Below, piece by piece: positions 8,585-17,336 of a stretch of 64,000 nucleotides of DNA. Position 1 is the stretch's first letter. Each line of letters begins with the position of its first letter. Position numbers and translations under genes: made by a program. The notes beneath the pieces were generated by a model. It ran no database searches and was not told the origin of the DNA. It worked only from the letters and a program-made list of their open reading frames with translations. The DNA comes from an uncultured Leptospiraceae bacterium (GTDB taxonomy: Bacteria > Spirochaetota > Leptospiria > Leptospirales > Leptonemataceae), in the NCBI GenBank assembly GCA_964594095.1, contig CAZQKZ010000005.1, positions 46,921-110,920 on the forward strand, given 5' to 3'.

Positions 8585-10007
8585 ATCCGTACCAACCCTG
8601 AACGGGATTCCGCTGCACAGCAGCAGGGATCCCTTCAAAGAAGCCTCCAGATTTCTTAATCAGTTCAAAACAGACAGCAGCCAAAAATCAATTCTAATAG
8701 CAGGTCTCGGCTGGGGATATCTGGCTGATGCGGCCGCAGCCGACACATGGTTTAAAAACCGGAACCTCTATTTTTACGAACCATCCGAAAATGTGTCCCG
8801 CCACCTGATTCAGACAGGCAGATACCGGGAGCTTCTCCTTAAAACCAGCAGCTTCCCGAATATCATGATATTTTTCCGGATTCAGGAACTGATCCGCCGG
8901 ATTCAGGCTGATCAGGAACCACTTTCTGTAATTATAAATCCGGCCTATCAGAGAGCTTTTCCGGGTCTGCCTGAAATGCTTTCTGCTTTTTTAACCGAAA
9001 ACAGTCATGACATGAAAAGCTCACAGATTTTCCTGAGACAATGGATTCGGAATTCGGTCATGCTGCACACTCATTACTCTCCGCTGGATTTCCTGGATGC
9101 CCCTGAACAGGGAGCATCTCATAATGATCCCGAAGTCCCTCTTGTTTACTGCGGAGGCGGACCAGATCTCATAGAAAATCTTTTTAAAGCAGCTGATCCT
9201 GGCCGGCTTAAGGAAAAAATCTGGCTGATTTCTTCTGATACTGCGGCAGCCCCCCTCCTCCTGAGCGGACTGTCCCCGGATCTGATTCTGTCTGCAGACT
9301 CAGGCAGAGGGACTCTCTATCATTTTTATGCTATGATGCATTCCCTTCCCAGGGACTCACGAAAAAATGCTGCTCTGGCCTCGCAGCCACCAGGAACACC
9401 CAAAAAAAATCTGAAATTATCCTCAGTTCCCTTTTCGATACCGGCACTCACCTGGACTCCAGGGCCACTGTTCCTGCATTCTTTTTTCCACCATACGGTT
9501 TATTACAGAACGGGTTTTCCTCTGGATACCGCTCTTGCAGCAAATGATGAAACATTTGCCTCTCTGTCTCTGGTTACAAATCCGGTCAGGAATGCCGCCG
9601 GAATTGCACTGCACATTGCAGAAATCACCGGCAGAAAGGAGATTTTTATGGCAGGCAGTCTGTTTCGTTCGAAAAACGGAGTCAGCCATGAAAGAGGAAC
9701 AGGCTATCAGTATTATTCTCTTCTGGATTGCAGCAGAACTTCTCCCCATGAAAGCAGAAAAAGCGGCCGTTATTCCGATGACAGAAGCGGGTTTAACCAG
9801 GATTCCTTCGATGCGATGAATTCCTTCGCCCGCGAAAAAGGGATAACCATCCGCCACCTTGAGGAAAAAGATACAGCAGAACTCCTGTCTGCAAAGCTGA
9901 AAAAGCGAACCGGCACATTTAAAGATCAGATTCCTCTAAGGGAAAATCTGAGTTTTTTCATATCTGAATCCATTAAAAATATCATAAATCAGCAGATTTT
10001 ACCTTGA
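8565..10007 (+). CDS. DUF115 (MptE-like / Maf-like motility-associated factor) family protein
   Basis: NGIPLHSSRDPFKEA N-terminus, ILIAGLGWGY, and CGGGPDL...LISSDTAAAPLLLSGLSPDLILSADS, typical of DUF115. The ATG at 8565 lies inside the acidic tail of the preceding gene. Confidence 0.55.
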   Translation: MTKTRTESVPTLNGIPLHSSRDPFKEASRFLNQFKTDSSQKSILIAGLGWGYLADAAAADTWFKNRNLYFYEPSENVSRHLIQTGRYRELLLKTSSFPNIMIFFRIQELIRRIQADQEPLSVIINPAYQRAFPGLPEMLSAFLTENSHDMKSSQIFLRQWIRNSVMLHTHYSPLDFLDAPEQGASHNDPEVPLVYCGGGPDLIENLFKAADPGRLKEKIWLISSDTAAAPLLLSGLSPDLILSADSGRGTLYHFYAMMHSLPRDSRKNAALASQPPGTPKKNLKLSSVPFSIPALTWTPGPLFLHSFFHHTVYYRTGFPLDTALAANDETFASLSLVTNPVRNAAGIALHIAEITGRKEIFMAGSLFRSKNGVSHERGTGYQYYSLLDCSRTSPHESRKSGRYSDDRSGFNQDSFDAMNSFAREKGITIRHLEEKDTAELLSAKLKKRTGTFKDQIPLRENLSFFISESIKNIINQQILP

Positions 10008-10050
10008 AGCCAATCCGCCATCTCACAGCTTGGTATCAGAGGCCTCAATT

Positions 10051-11115
10051 ATGATCATACCAGCAGAAGACAAACTGACCGACGAACAGTATCAGGAAGT
10101 TACCGCAATTCTTAAGGAGTTTAACTGCACTCTTACAGCCATACCTGGCGAAACCCGGGTAATCTATGCCATCCGCGGTGACGAACGCCATGAGCTGATG
10201 ATGAACCGCCTCGAAGGCCTGAATTATATCTCCCGGGTCGACAGAATCCAGTCTCCGTATAAACTGATGGATATCAATTCTGAACTCTCCCATCACCGGA
10301 TTACAGTCGGCAGCCGCATTCTTGGCAAAGACCTTGTCATCGTGGCCGGACACTGCACCATTGATCCGAAAAATCCTGAATATTTTTTAGAAACAGCACA
10401 TGCAGTAAAAGAAGCCGGTGCCCATGTAATCCGTGGCGGAGTATGGAAACCCAGAACAAGCCCCCATTCCTATCAGGGCAATTCCAAAGCCATAGAAATA
10501 CTGATGCGTGCCTCCCAGGAAACAGGTCTGCCCGTCGATACCGAAGTAATGGATGAAGAGCAGCTGCGGATTGCACTCGATAACGGAGTCGATATGCTTC
10601 AGATCGGTGCACGGAATGCGCTCAATTACACACTTCTTCGTAAAATCGGAGAGCTTACTTCGGGCAAAAAAACAATCGTGCTTCTTAAACGCGGAATGCA
10701 CATGGGACCAATGGATGAGTTTATTTCCGCTGCGGAATACATTGTAGCCGGTGGAAATCCTAACCTTGTACTCTGCCCCCGCGGAACTCTCCCTTCCGTG
10801 GATGGCTATCGCAATCAGCCCGATGAAAGCATCACCCCTCTTCTGAAACAGAAAACATGGGCTCCGGTCATTGTAGATCCGTCCCATTCCGTTGGTCGTG
10901 GTTATTATGCCCCTCATTCCTGTCTGGCAGCAATCGCTTATGGTGCAGACGGACTGATCATCGAATCACATGTGAATCCAAAGAAAGGCATTGGTGACGA
11001 CCCCAAACAGGCCATCACTCCTGATGTACTGAAATCAGTCATTGCAGATGCCCATGTGATTTTCGGAATGCGCGATAAATACACTAAAGGCTATCTGCCG
11101 CAGAAAGAGAACTGA
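10051..11115 (+). CDS. 3-deoxy-7-phosphoheptulonate (DAHP) synthase, type I-beta, with an N-terminal regulatory domain
   Basis: GVWKPRTSPHSYQG, LKRG, VDPSH. About 80 aa of ferredoxin-like N-terminal extension as in the Thermotoga-type enzyme. Confidence 0.85.
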   Translation: MIIPAEDKLTDEQYQEVTAILKEFNCTLTAIPGETRVIYAIRGDERHELMMNRLEGLNYISRVDRIQSPYKLMDINSELSHHRITVGSRILGKDLVIVAGHCTIDPKNPEYFLETAHAVKEAGAHVIRGGVWKPRTSPHSYQGNSKAIEILMRASQETGLPVDTEVMDEEQLRIALDNGVDMLQIGARNALNYTLLRKIGELTSGKKTIVLLKRGMHMGPMDEFISAAEYIVAGGNPNLVLCPRGTLPSVDGYRNQPDESITPLLKQKTWAPVIVDPSHSVGRGYYAPHSCLAAIAYGADGLIIESHVNPKKGIGDDPKQAITPDVLKSVIADAHVIFGMRDKYTKGYLPQKEN

Positions 11116-11128
11116 TCTTTAATCCCGG

Positions 11129-12430
11129 TCAGAGTGCCGCAGGAGCTGTATAAAAGATCCCGGCCACTGCCGCCGTCATCAAAGTAGCCAGTGTGGCTGC
11201 ATAAAGGGACCGAAGACTCACCTTCCCGATATCAGAGAGTCTTTCCGGGATTATGGCTGCCAGCCCTCCGGTAAAAATCGCAAGACTTGCTGCATGGGCA
11301 AAACCGCATAATGCATAGGAGGCGATCAGCAGAGAACGCGGATCTTTGATTACACCGGTTTCCGCAAGGGAAGCCAGATGCATATACGAGGCCACCTCAG
11401 TAAGCAGAAGCCTTTCACCAATAACCCCGCTCACAGCAAAGGCCTCTTCCAGAGGAACCCCGGTCATCAGTACAAACGGATAAAAAATAACCGCCAGAAC
11501 ATCCGTGAATACAAACTTATAGTCAGACCCCAGAAATCCGGCCGCACTGTTTATTATAAAAGCGAGAGTTTTGTCGGTTACAGCCAGCAGACCCAGAACA
11601 GCAATCAGAAGGGCCGCAATTCCCAGCATCAGCTGCAGCCCGGTATTGGCCCCTTTTGTAAGGGCCTCAAACAGACCGGAGTCTTTTTCGGTTTGCAGGG
11701 AAACCTCCTGGCCGAGGGTCACAGGGCTGCCGGTTTCCGGCATCATGAGTTTTGCAATCACAAGGGAAGCCGGTGCCGAAAGAACAGAAGCTGAAACCAG
11801 ATGGCCTGCAATTCCCGGAAAATGATTCTGCAGACTGAAAACATAAATCGCCAGAACATTGGAGGAGACCGTGGCCATCATAGCGGTAAGCACTGTACCG
11901 AGTTCTGAAAGTGTCATTCGGGCCAGATAAGGCTTCACAGTCAGAGCGGATTCCACTCCTACAAACACATTACTGGTGACACACAGCGATTCCGCACCGG
12001 ATATTCCGAAAATCCGGCTGAAAAAGGCTGCGAAAAGACGTATAATCCTTGGTAAAATATTATAATAATAAAGAACTGAGGTAAGAGCTGAGAAAAAGAT
12101 AATAGTGGGCAGAGCCTGAAAAGCAAGAATGAATCCGATGCTCTCCTGCCCGAATTCATCGGTTGCCCCGGGAGGCAAAGCAAGTCTGCCAAACACAAAC
12201 CGAACACCGGCCGTAGAAGAATCAATCAGCAGCCGGACACCTTCATTGACCCACTGAAAAACAGTGACTCCCGCCGGGACGGTAAAAATGAAAAAACCGA
12301 AAAGGAGCTGCAGTCCGACCCCCCAGAACATCATTTTCCAGTGAATGATTTTTCTGTTCCAGGAAAAAACATAAGCGGAAAGCATAAGGCCGAACAGCCC
12401 AAGAAAACTGATTAAATTATAAATTGTCAT
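11129..12430 (-). CDS. nupC: NupC/CNT-family concentrative nucleoside transporter
   Basis: 433-aa polytopic protein with ILAFQALPTIIFFSALTSVLYYYNILP and a C-terminal ALCGFAHAASLAI motif. Confidence 0.85.
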   Translation of the reverse strand: MTIYNLISFLGLFGLMLSAYVFSWNRKIIHWKMMFWGVGLQLLFGFFIFTVPAGVTVFQWVNEGVRLLIDSSTAGVRFVFGRLALPPGATDEFGQESIGFILAFQALPTIIFFSALTSVLYYYNILPRIIRLFAAFFSRIFGISGAESLCVTSNVFVGVESALTVKPYLARMTLSELGTVLTAMMATVSSNVLAIYVFSLQNHFPGIAGHLVSASVLSAPASLVIAKLMMPETGSPVTLGQEVSLQTEKDSGLFEALTKGANTGLQLMLGIAALLIAVLGLLAVTDKTLAFIINSAAGFLGSDYKFVFTDVLAVIFYPFVLMTGVPLEEAFAVSGVIGERLLLTEVASYMHLASLAETGVIKDPRSLLIASYALCGFAHAASLAIFTGGLAAIIPERLSDIGKVSLRSLYAATLATLMTAAVAGIFYTAPAAL

Positions 12431-12580
12431 AACTTTATTGCCCTGACGGCATACTCCTGCCTTACAATCGGGATGTCTGTAAAATAAATCAACCGGAAAA
12501 CCGGAAATGCGGAAAATCGCTTGAAAGATTCGGGTAACCTATGAATCTTAAAGAAAAATCTGTTTTTCGGAAAAAGCTCC

Positions 12581-14278
12581 ATGACCTCATTTTCATTAAA
12601 AGAAACCGGCAGCGGAATAAAAGGACCTCTGCTCTTTGTGATCCTTGACGGCGTAGGGCTTTACCGCGGCCGGAATGAAGGATATCCTGGAAATGCACTT
12701 GATCTTGCCCAGGCCCCCGTCCTGAAAAACCTTCTTATGAACAGTCCGGTGAAAACCACTCTGAAAGCTCATGGAAAAGCTGTGGGACTGCCGGACGACT
12801 CTGATATGGGTAATTCTGAAGTAGGTCACAATGCCATCGGAGCCGGCAGAGTCTTTGATCAGGGGGCTAAACTCGTGACCGAGGCCCTGAAATCCGGTGA
12901 TTTTTTCCGGAGTAAGGCATGGATGGAGCTGATTGGAACAAGGGAAATGCCAGGCCTTGCCCTGGAACCGGGAAAAAACAGAAAAGTCCATTTTTTAGGT
13001 CTCCTCTCAGACGGAAATGTCCACAGTCACATTGATCATCTTTTTGCAATGCTTGACGAGTGTGCAGAAGTCGGAGTTAAAGATGTCCGGGTCCACACCC
13101 TTCTGGACGGGCGCGACGTAGAAGAAAAAAGCGCTCATATTTATGCAGAAAAGCTCGAAGTCCGGCTGCGGCAGTGTGATCCGACCGGTGAGCATTATAT
13201 TATCGCCTCCGGAGGCGGAAGGATGAAAATCACCATGGACCGCTACGAAGCGGACTGGGATATGATCTCCTTAGGATGGAAAACCCACGTAAAAGGAGAT
13301 GTCCGTTCTTTCAAAAGTATTTTTGATGCATTGTGGATTCTCCGGATTGAATCTCCCCAGATGATCGATCAGGACATTCCTCCCTTTGTTATAGAAAAAG
13401 ACGGAGTTCCTGTGGGCAGAATCGAAAACGACGATATTGTTATTTTATTTAATTTCCGCGGGGACCGCGCTATTGAGATCAGCCGGGCATTCACTGAACC
13501 TGGTCTCGATAAATTTGCCCGGGATCCGGAGGTTTCCGTCCACTTCGCCGGAATGATGGAGTATGACGGAGACCTGCACATTCCCCCCCGCTACCTTGTG
13601 ACTCCTCCGAATATATCAAGAACAGTATCAGAGTACCTTGCACAAAACGGAATCAGTCAGTATGCCATTTCTGAAACTCAGAAATACGGACATGTAACCT
13701 ATTTCTGGAACGGAAATAACTCCGAAAAGTTCAACGCCGATCTGGAAACCTGGGTCGAAATTCCCTCAGAAAAAATATCCTTTGACCGGGCACCCGCCAT
13801 GAAAGCCCGCGAAATAACCGATACTTTAATCGCTGCTCTGCAGAGCGGAAAATACCGCTTTCTGCGGGTCAATTATCCGAATGGAGACATGGTAGGCCAC
13901 ACAGGAAATCTGCAGGCAGCTGTGCGTGCTGTGGAATCCGTGGATGAGAATCTCGGTAGACTTCTGAAAGCAGCCAGCAATATTGGTGCAACAGTAATCA
14001 TCACAGCGGATCACGGAAACTGCGATGAAATGTACCAGATTGAAAAATCCGGAAATCTGAAACTTGATGAATACAGCAAACCGGTTTCCAAGACCAGTCA
14101 CACTCTGAATCCGGTTCCGTTCATTCTTACTTCCGGCGAGTCCGAAAAATTTGAAATCAATCCTGATGTAAAAGAGCCGGGACTTGCAAACCTGGCCTCC
14201 GCTGTGCTGACTCTGCTTGGCTATGAACCACCCGAAGATTATCTGCCTTCGGTCATCCGGCCCAGACAGAAAAAATGA
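12581..14278 (+). CDS. gpmI: 2,3-bisphosphoglycerate-independent phosphoglycerate mutase (long form)
   Basis: ILDGVG, SEVGHNAIGAGR, GGGRM, YPNGDMVGHTG, ITADHGN. Confidence 0.9.
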   Translation: MTSFSLKETGSGIKGPLLFVILDGVGLYRGRNEGYPGNALDLAQAPVLKNLLMNSPVKTTLKAHGKAVGLPDDSDMGNSEVGHNAIGAGRVFDQGAKLVTEALKSGDFFRSKAWMELIGTREMPGLALEPGKNRKVHFLGLLSDGNVHSHIDHLFAMLDECAEVGVKDVRVHTLLDGRDVEEKSAHIYAEKLEVRLRQCDPTGEHYIIASGGGRMKITMDRYEADWDMISLGWKTHVKGDVRSFKSIFDALWILRIESPQMIDQDIPPFVIEKDGVPVGRIENDDIVILFNFRGDRAIEISRAFTEPGLDKFARDPEVSVHFAGMMEYDGDLHIPPRYLVTPPNISRTVSEYLAQNGISQYAISETQKYGHVTYFWNGNNSEKFNADLETWVEIPSEKISFDRAPAMKAREITDTLIAALQSGKYRFLRVNYPNGDMVGHTGNLQAAVRAVESVDENLGRLLKAASNIGATVIITADHGNCDEMYQIEKSGNLKLDEYSKPVSKTSHTLNPVPFILTSGESEKFEINPDVKEPGLANLASAVLTLLGYEPPEDYLPSVIRPRQKK

Positions 14279-14288
14279 GCGGGGTCTC

Positions 14289-14708
14289 ATGTATCACCAG
14301 GATTTTCTGATTCGCACACTGCAGCAGTTTATTGTGGTTCTGGCGAGAATTGCCGGGCTGAAAAAAGCTGATGATCCGGAAGTCCTGCTGATTGAAATTG
14401 AGTCCGCATCGCGGATGCTTCTGGGACTGGACCTGAGACTCCTCGGGAGTCTGACTGCAGAAAGCCTGCTTCCCCTTCTTTCTTATGACGGAAAGCCTGA
14501 CCCGGCAAGAATAGTAACAGCCGCACGCATTCTCGCGGAAAAAGGAACTGCAGAAGCGGCTCTCGGAAATCCTGATCAGGCGGCTGCGGCGAAGGAAAAA
14601 GCTGAAAAACTTCTTAAAACATTAGTAATTGAGGAATCTGACTCCGGAGAACTCTACCGTGTGTATAAAGAAACATTAAGTATGCTGCAGGACCGGTGCA
14701 CCCTGTAA
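14289..14708 (+). CDS. hypothetical helical protein
   Basis: ATG at 14289 chosen just after the gpmI stop. 139 aa, no motif recognised. Confidence 0.45.
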   Translation: MYHQDFLIRTLQQFIVVLARIAGLKKADDPEVLLIEIESASRMLLGLDLRLLGSLTAESLLPLLSYDGKPDPARIVTAARILAEKGTAEAALGNPDQAAAAKEKAEKLLKTLVIEESDSGELYRVYKETLSMLQDRCTL

Positions 14709-14771
14709 AAACCAGAAATTCAGTTATTATTTAAAGCAGGAGCAGCTATACCCGGAGGCTGCCATCCCATT

Positions 14772-15036
14772 TCACCCCACCAGCTTTTCCTGATCTACCA
14801 GCTGATTCACGGTTTGAAAAAAGGCTCTTGAGAATGCATCATCCGCTGCAAAAAGTCTGTAAAGCTCAAGTTCCTTTCTTCTTTTCTGCGCCATTACATC
14901 CTGTAAAATTTTTTCAAGGGCCAGGTTCCGGTTCTGCTCATCGGTGTTATCTGCATCCATTAGGGAACCCCTCCAGAATCTTTGCCAGCCACTCCACACC
15001 CGAATCTTTATAACTATCATACTTTTTATAATTCAT
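14772..15036 (-). pseudogene. relic of a type I restriction-modification gene: a 29-aa hsdS-like N-terminal ORF (14947..15036) out of frame with an 82-aa ORF (14772..15020)
   Basis: MNYKKYDSYKDSGVEWLAK... matches my memory of the conserved HsdS N-terminus (YKDSGVEW[LI]GEIP). It is preceded by a TATAAT (complement of 15053-15058) and an AAAGG SD. The frame then breaks. Confidence 0.3.
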
Positions 15037-15190
15037 AAAACCTTTCTCTCCCATTATAGCATTGCGTGAGCTCCATCCTGCCTTATCCTGCCCATCCTGT
15101 TAACCTTGCTTCCCTCTGTGCAAACCAATTCTTCCATCACTCCCAGCCACTCGACCCAGGAGTCCTTCACGGGTCACTTCCGGATTTGTT

Positions 15191-15234
15191 TTAAAAAAAT
15201 CCGCAGATTATCTGCGTGGATATAATCTGCGGAT
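15191..15234 (-). terminator. rho-independent terminator
   Basis: Perfect 13-bp inverted repeat ATCCGCAGATTAT (15199-15211) / ATAATCTGCGGAT (15222-15234) with a 10-nt loop, followed on the minus strand by T7. Confidence 0.55.
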
Positions 15235-15351
15235 ACTCTTTATCGTGAAGGCCTCGTAAGCAGAGTGAAAAGGCCCAGGATGATATCGCCGAAAAGCCAG
15301 AGCTGATTCACTCACTTCAGTTCCACATTCGGGACATGCTGTTAATGCCAT
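15208..15351 (-). CDS. unannotated 47-aa ORF with half a zinc ribbon (MALTACPECGTEVSES...); possibly a decayed gene
   Basis: Hand-translated; below the 60-aa cutoff of the ORF track. AAGAGG SD 7 nt upstream of the ATG. Only one CxxC pair. The ORF reads into the terminator stem. Confidence 0.35.
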   Translation of the reverse strand: MALTACPECGTEVSESALAFRRYHPGPFHSAYEAFTIKSIRRLYPRR

Positions 15352-15408
15352 ATTTACACCTCTTAGATTTTTTAACGATAGGGAATCTCGCCTTCCTATT
15401 GATATGTT

Positions 15409-16059
15409 TTATTTAATTACTCCCAGATCAATCAGGTCATTGGCGCCGGATCGGCCCGGATTCCAGTAAGCCTGACCCTGGATTTCAGCCGGAATTTTAT
15501 ATACAAGATTGACTGTTTTAGTGGTAAGGGGATTAATCTGATCCATTACAAACCCCCATCCGTCGGCCAGAAGATGTTCGGATTTATCGAATTCATATTC
15601 TTTATTATTATAAATTATTTTCACCGAACCTTCCTGAACCATCCGGCTTTCTGTATCGGTGTTTTTCACTGTTACACGCATCACCAGGTATCTGTTTCCG
15701 GGTTCCGGATCCAGTTTGATAAACATATTCCCTGTATTTACAGAGTTCTGGAGTCTGATACTGTGTACAGTAAAATCAAAATACTGAGTATGCAGCACCT
15801 CACCGAGCTTCGGATAGACGTGGGCTTCTGCAGCTTCCTGCCTGGCTTCATCTGCACCGGTGCTGATTCCTTTCTCTCCGGCTCCGCTCCCTCCTCCTGC
15901 AAGGTTGATGAGAACTGCCAGAACAATTACAGCCGTTCCGCCAACCTTCCAGCCTTTTCCGATTTTTGTATTCTTCCAGAGAGCATACAGCCCTACTGGG
16001 AAAAACACAAAAAGGAGTACCACAACCAGCCATGTTTTTTCATACCATTTCTCTTCCAT
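15409..16059 (-). CDS. DUF4352-like membrane-anchored protein
   Basis: N-terminal TM WLVVVLLFVFFPVGLYALW, then a beta-rich domain (FDFTVHSIRLQNS...YLVMRVTVKNTDTESR). ATG at 16059 has a GGAGG upstream; the alternative is 16098. Confidence 0.6.
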   Translation of the reverse strand: MEEKWYEKTWLVVVLLFVFFPVGLYALWKNTKIGKGWKVGGTAVIVLAVLINLAGGGSGAGEKGISTGADEARQEAAEAHVYPKLGEVLHTQYFDFTVHSIRLQNSVNTGNMFIKLDPEPGNRYLVMRVTVKNTDTESRMVQEGSVKIIYNNKEYEFDKSEHLLADGWGFVMDQINPLTTKTVNLVYKIPAEIQGQAYWNPGRSGANDLIDLGVIK

Positions 16060-16110
16060 AAAATTTTCTAACCTCCGGTAATTTTGTAAATGAAGCATAG
16101 CATACTGATG

Positions 16111-16139
16111 AATAAAACAAAGTCAGGTTTTCTGACTTT
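16111..16139 (-). terminator. rho-independent terminator after the FliG-like gene
   Basis: AAAGTCAG (16119-16126) / CTGACTTT (16132-16139) stem with a 5-nt loop, followed on the minus strand by GTTTTATT. Confidence 0.55.
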
Positions 16140-16150
16140 TGTGTACTTTT

Positions 16151-16775
16151 TCAGTCAGAAAGATCCGGTGCAGAAACAATCTCCCCGTGATTCATGAGTA
16201 GCTCCACGGCCTCATCCCGGATCTTTGCTCCGGGATAGCCATTTTCCGGGGATAAACAGCCGGGGTCATCTTCCAGATCGGCAATCATGCTTCGGATCCG
16301 AAATTTACTGAAGTTTCGAAGAAGGGCTTTGCGGGATGCAACAGAGACATCCCTCAGAATTCTGTAAAGATCCCGTTTGCCAAATTCCCGGAGCACCCTC
16401 TGGATGACCCGGTCTTCGTTAATTGCAGGAGGATGCTGCATCTGCTGGTCCTCTGTTTTGGTGGCCGGGGCGTACTGATTCAGCAGGTTTTCGAGTGCGT
16501 GTCGAATCGACTCGAAACTATTATTGTGTGAGCAAAAAATGAGATCCGTGAAGTTCTTTCTGTTTCCGGATTTCCAAATAAAGGTTCTCGCCCAGACAGG
16601 CCCCCAGTTTTTCAAGAACGATTCGAGGATTATCGCCCTCCTGAATAGAAAGAATGCCTTCTTTTATAATCCATTTTTTAAGGAACTCAAATCCCCGATC
16701 ATTAGCCCCGAGTATATGGTTCAGAAGGATCTTCTCCTCAGTGTCATTCGCCCCTGGTCTTTCCGGACCGAACAA
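16151..16775 (-). pseudogene. FliG-like (middle + C-terminal domain) gene split by a frameshift at a T6 run; alternatively two small genes (16521..16775 and 16151..16441)
   Basis: Upstream frame: FEFLKK...IQEGDNPRIVLEKL, compared with FliG_M FDFLRK...LQNEHPQTIAVVL. Downstream frame: DRVIQRVLREFGKRDL...NFSKFRIRSMIADLED...HGEIV, compared with FliG_C DRSIQRVLREVDTRDL...NMSKRAAALLKDELE...AGEIV. Removing one T from CATTTTTTGC (complement of 16534-16539) joins the frames. Confidence 0.5.
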
Positions 16776-17070
16776 AGCTCTCCCAGTATTTTATTATATT
16801 TTCTTTGCCAACAGGATTAGCGCTGTGAACCGTGATTTCGGGCAACTCCAGTGACGCTCCGGATACAACCCGATCCAGGATCCAGTTGCACATCCACTTC
16901 ACAGCATCGTAACCGGTTTTTTCTTCTCCCAGATCGTGATCGAAGGAGATGCAGCCAGGAAGACCATTTGTTTCGATCCAGTTTACAAATTCCTGATAGG
17001 TTCGGACAACAATCCAGCCTGTATCGGGTGGATTCCGTAAATCATCGAGATAGAGTTTCCTGATTTTCAT
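16744..17070 (-). CDS. cREC-like (cyclic-phosphate-processing receiver) REC-fold protein
   Basis: MKIRKLYLDDLRNPPDTGW...CISFDHDLGEEKTGYDAVKWM...ITVHSANPVGKENI matches my memory of the standalone phage/island cREC family (LDD.R.P...W, S.DHDLG, tGYD..kW, vHS.NPvG). Confidence 0.55.
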   Translation of the reverse strand: MKIRKLYLDDLRNPPDTGWIVVRTYQEFVNWIETNGLPGCISFDHDLGEEKTGYDAVKWMCNWILDRVVSGASLELPEITVHSANPVGKENIIKYWESFVRSGKTRGE

Positions 17071-17140
17071 TTTTATATTCTAATAGAAATCGTTACTGAT
17101 GTGGGGCAGCTTTGCTGACTTTTGTTAAAAGAATTTGCAG

Positions 17141-17170
17141 ATTATACCGGAATTTCACCTGATTTGCGAA
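17141..17170 (-). promoter_or_regulatory. candidate sigma-70 promoter for the cREC / FliG-like unit
   Basis: On the minus strand: TTCGCA (complement of 17165-17170), 18 nt, then TATAAT (complement of 17141-17146), about 70 nt upstream of the ATG at 17070. Confidence 0.35.
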
Positions 17171-17336
17171 CCCAGAGGGATTTAAAAAGGAGAAGGGCAA
17201 GGGTTTCTCAATTTAATTTTTAATTGTTCCTGAAATCGGCAAATGCTAAAACGATACCAGAAAATTCTCAGCGTAGAAGTAAGATATGCTGAACCCTGAA
17301 ACAATGAAAAATATACCAGGATTATGAAGAATAACT

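Noticed and set aside
8093-8684. Three long minus-strand ORFs (181, 119 and 102 aa, one almost pure Ser) opposite the acidic-tail gene.
   Set aside because: They are the mirror image of the GAA/GAT/GAC-rich D/E tail, giving TTC/ATC/GTC low complexity. They have no start context and fully overlap a better-supported gene.
12493-12517. Three CCGGAAA(A)-like direct repeats in the nupC/gpmI divergent spacer.
   Set aside because: The units are short and imperfect, with irregular spacing. There is no evidence beyond chance, although a regulator site cannot be excluded.
15204-17145. Shared 9-mer GCAGATTAT at 15204-15212 and 17137-17145, considered as possible att-like direct repeats bounding the island.
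   Set aside because: It is too short to be meaningful. One copy is simply a terminator stem arm and the other overlaps the TATAAT box on the opposite strand.
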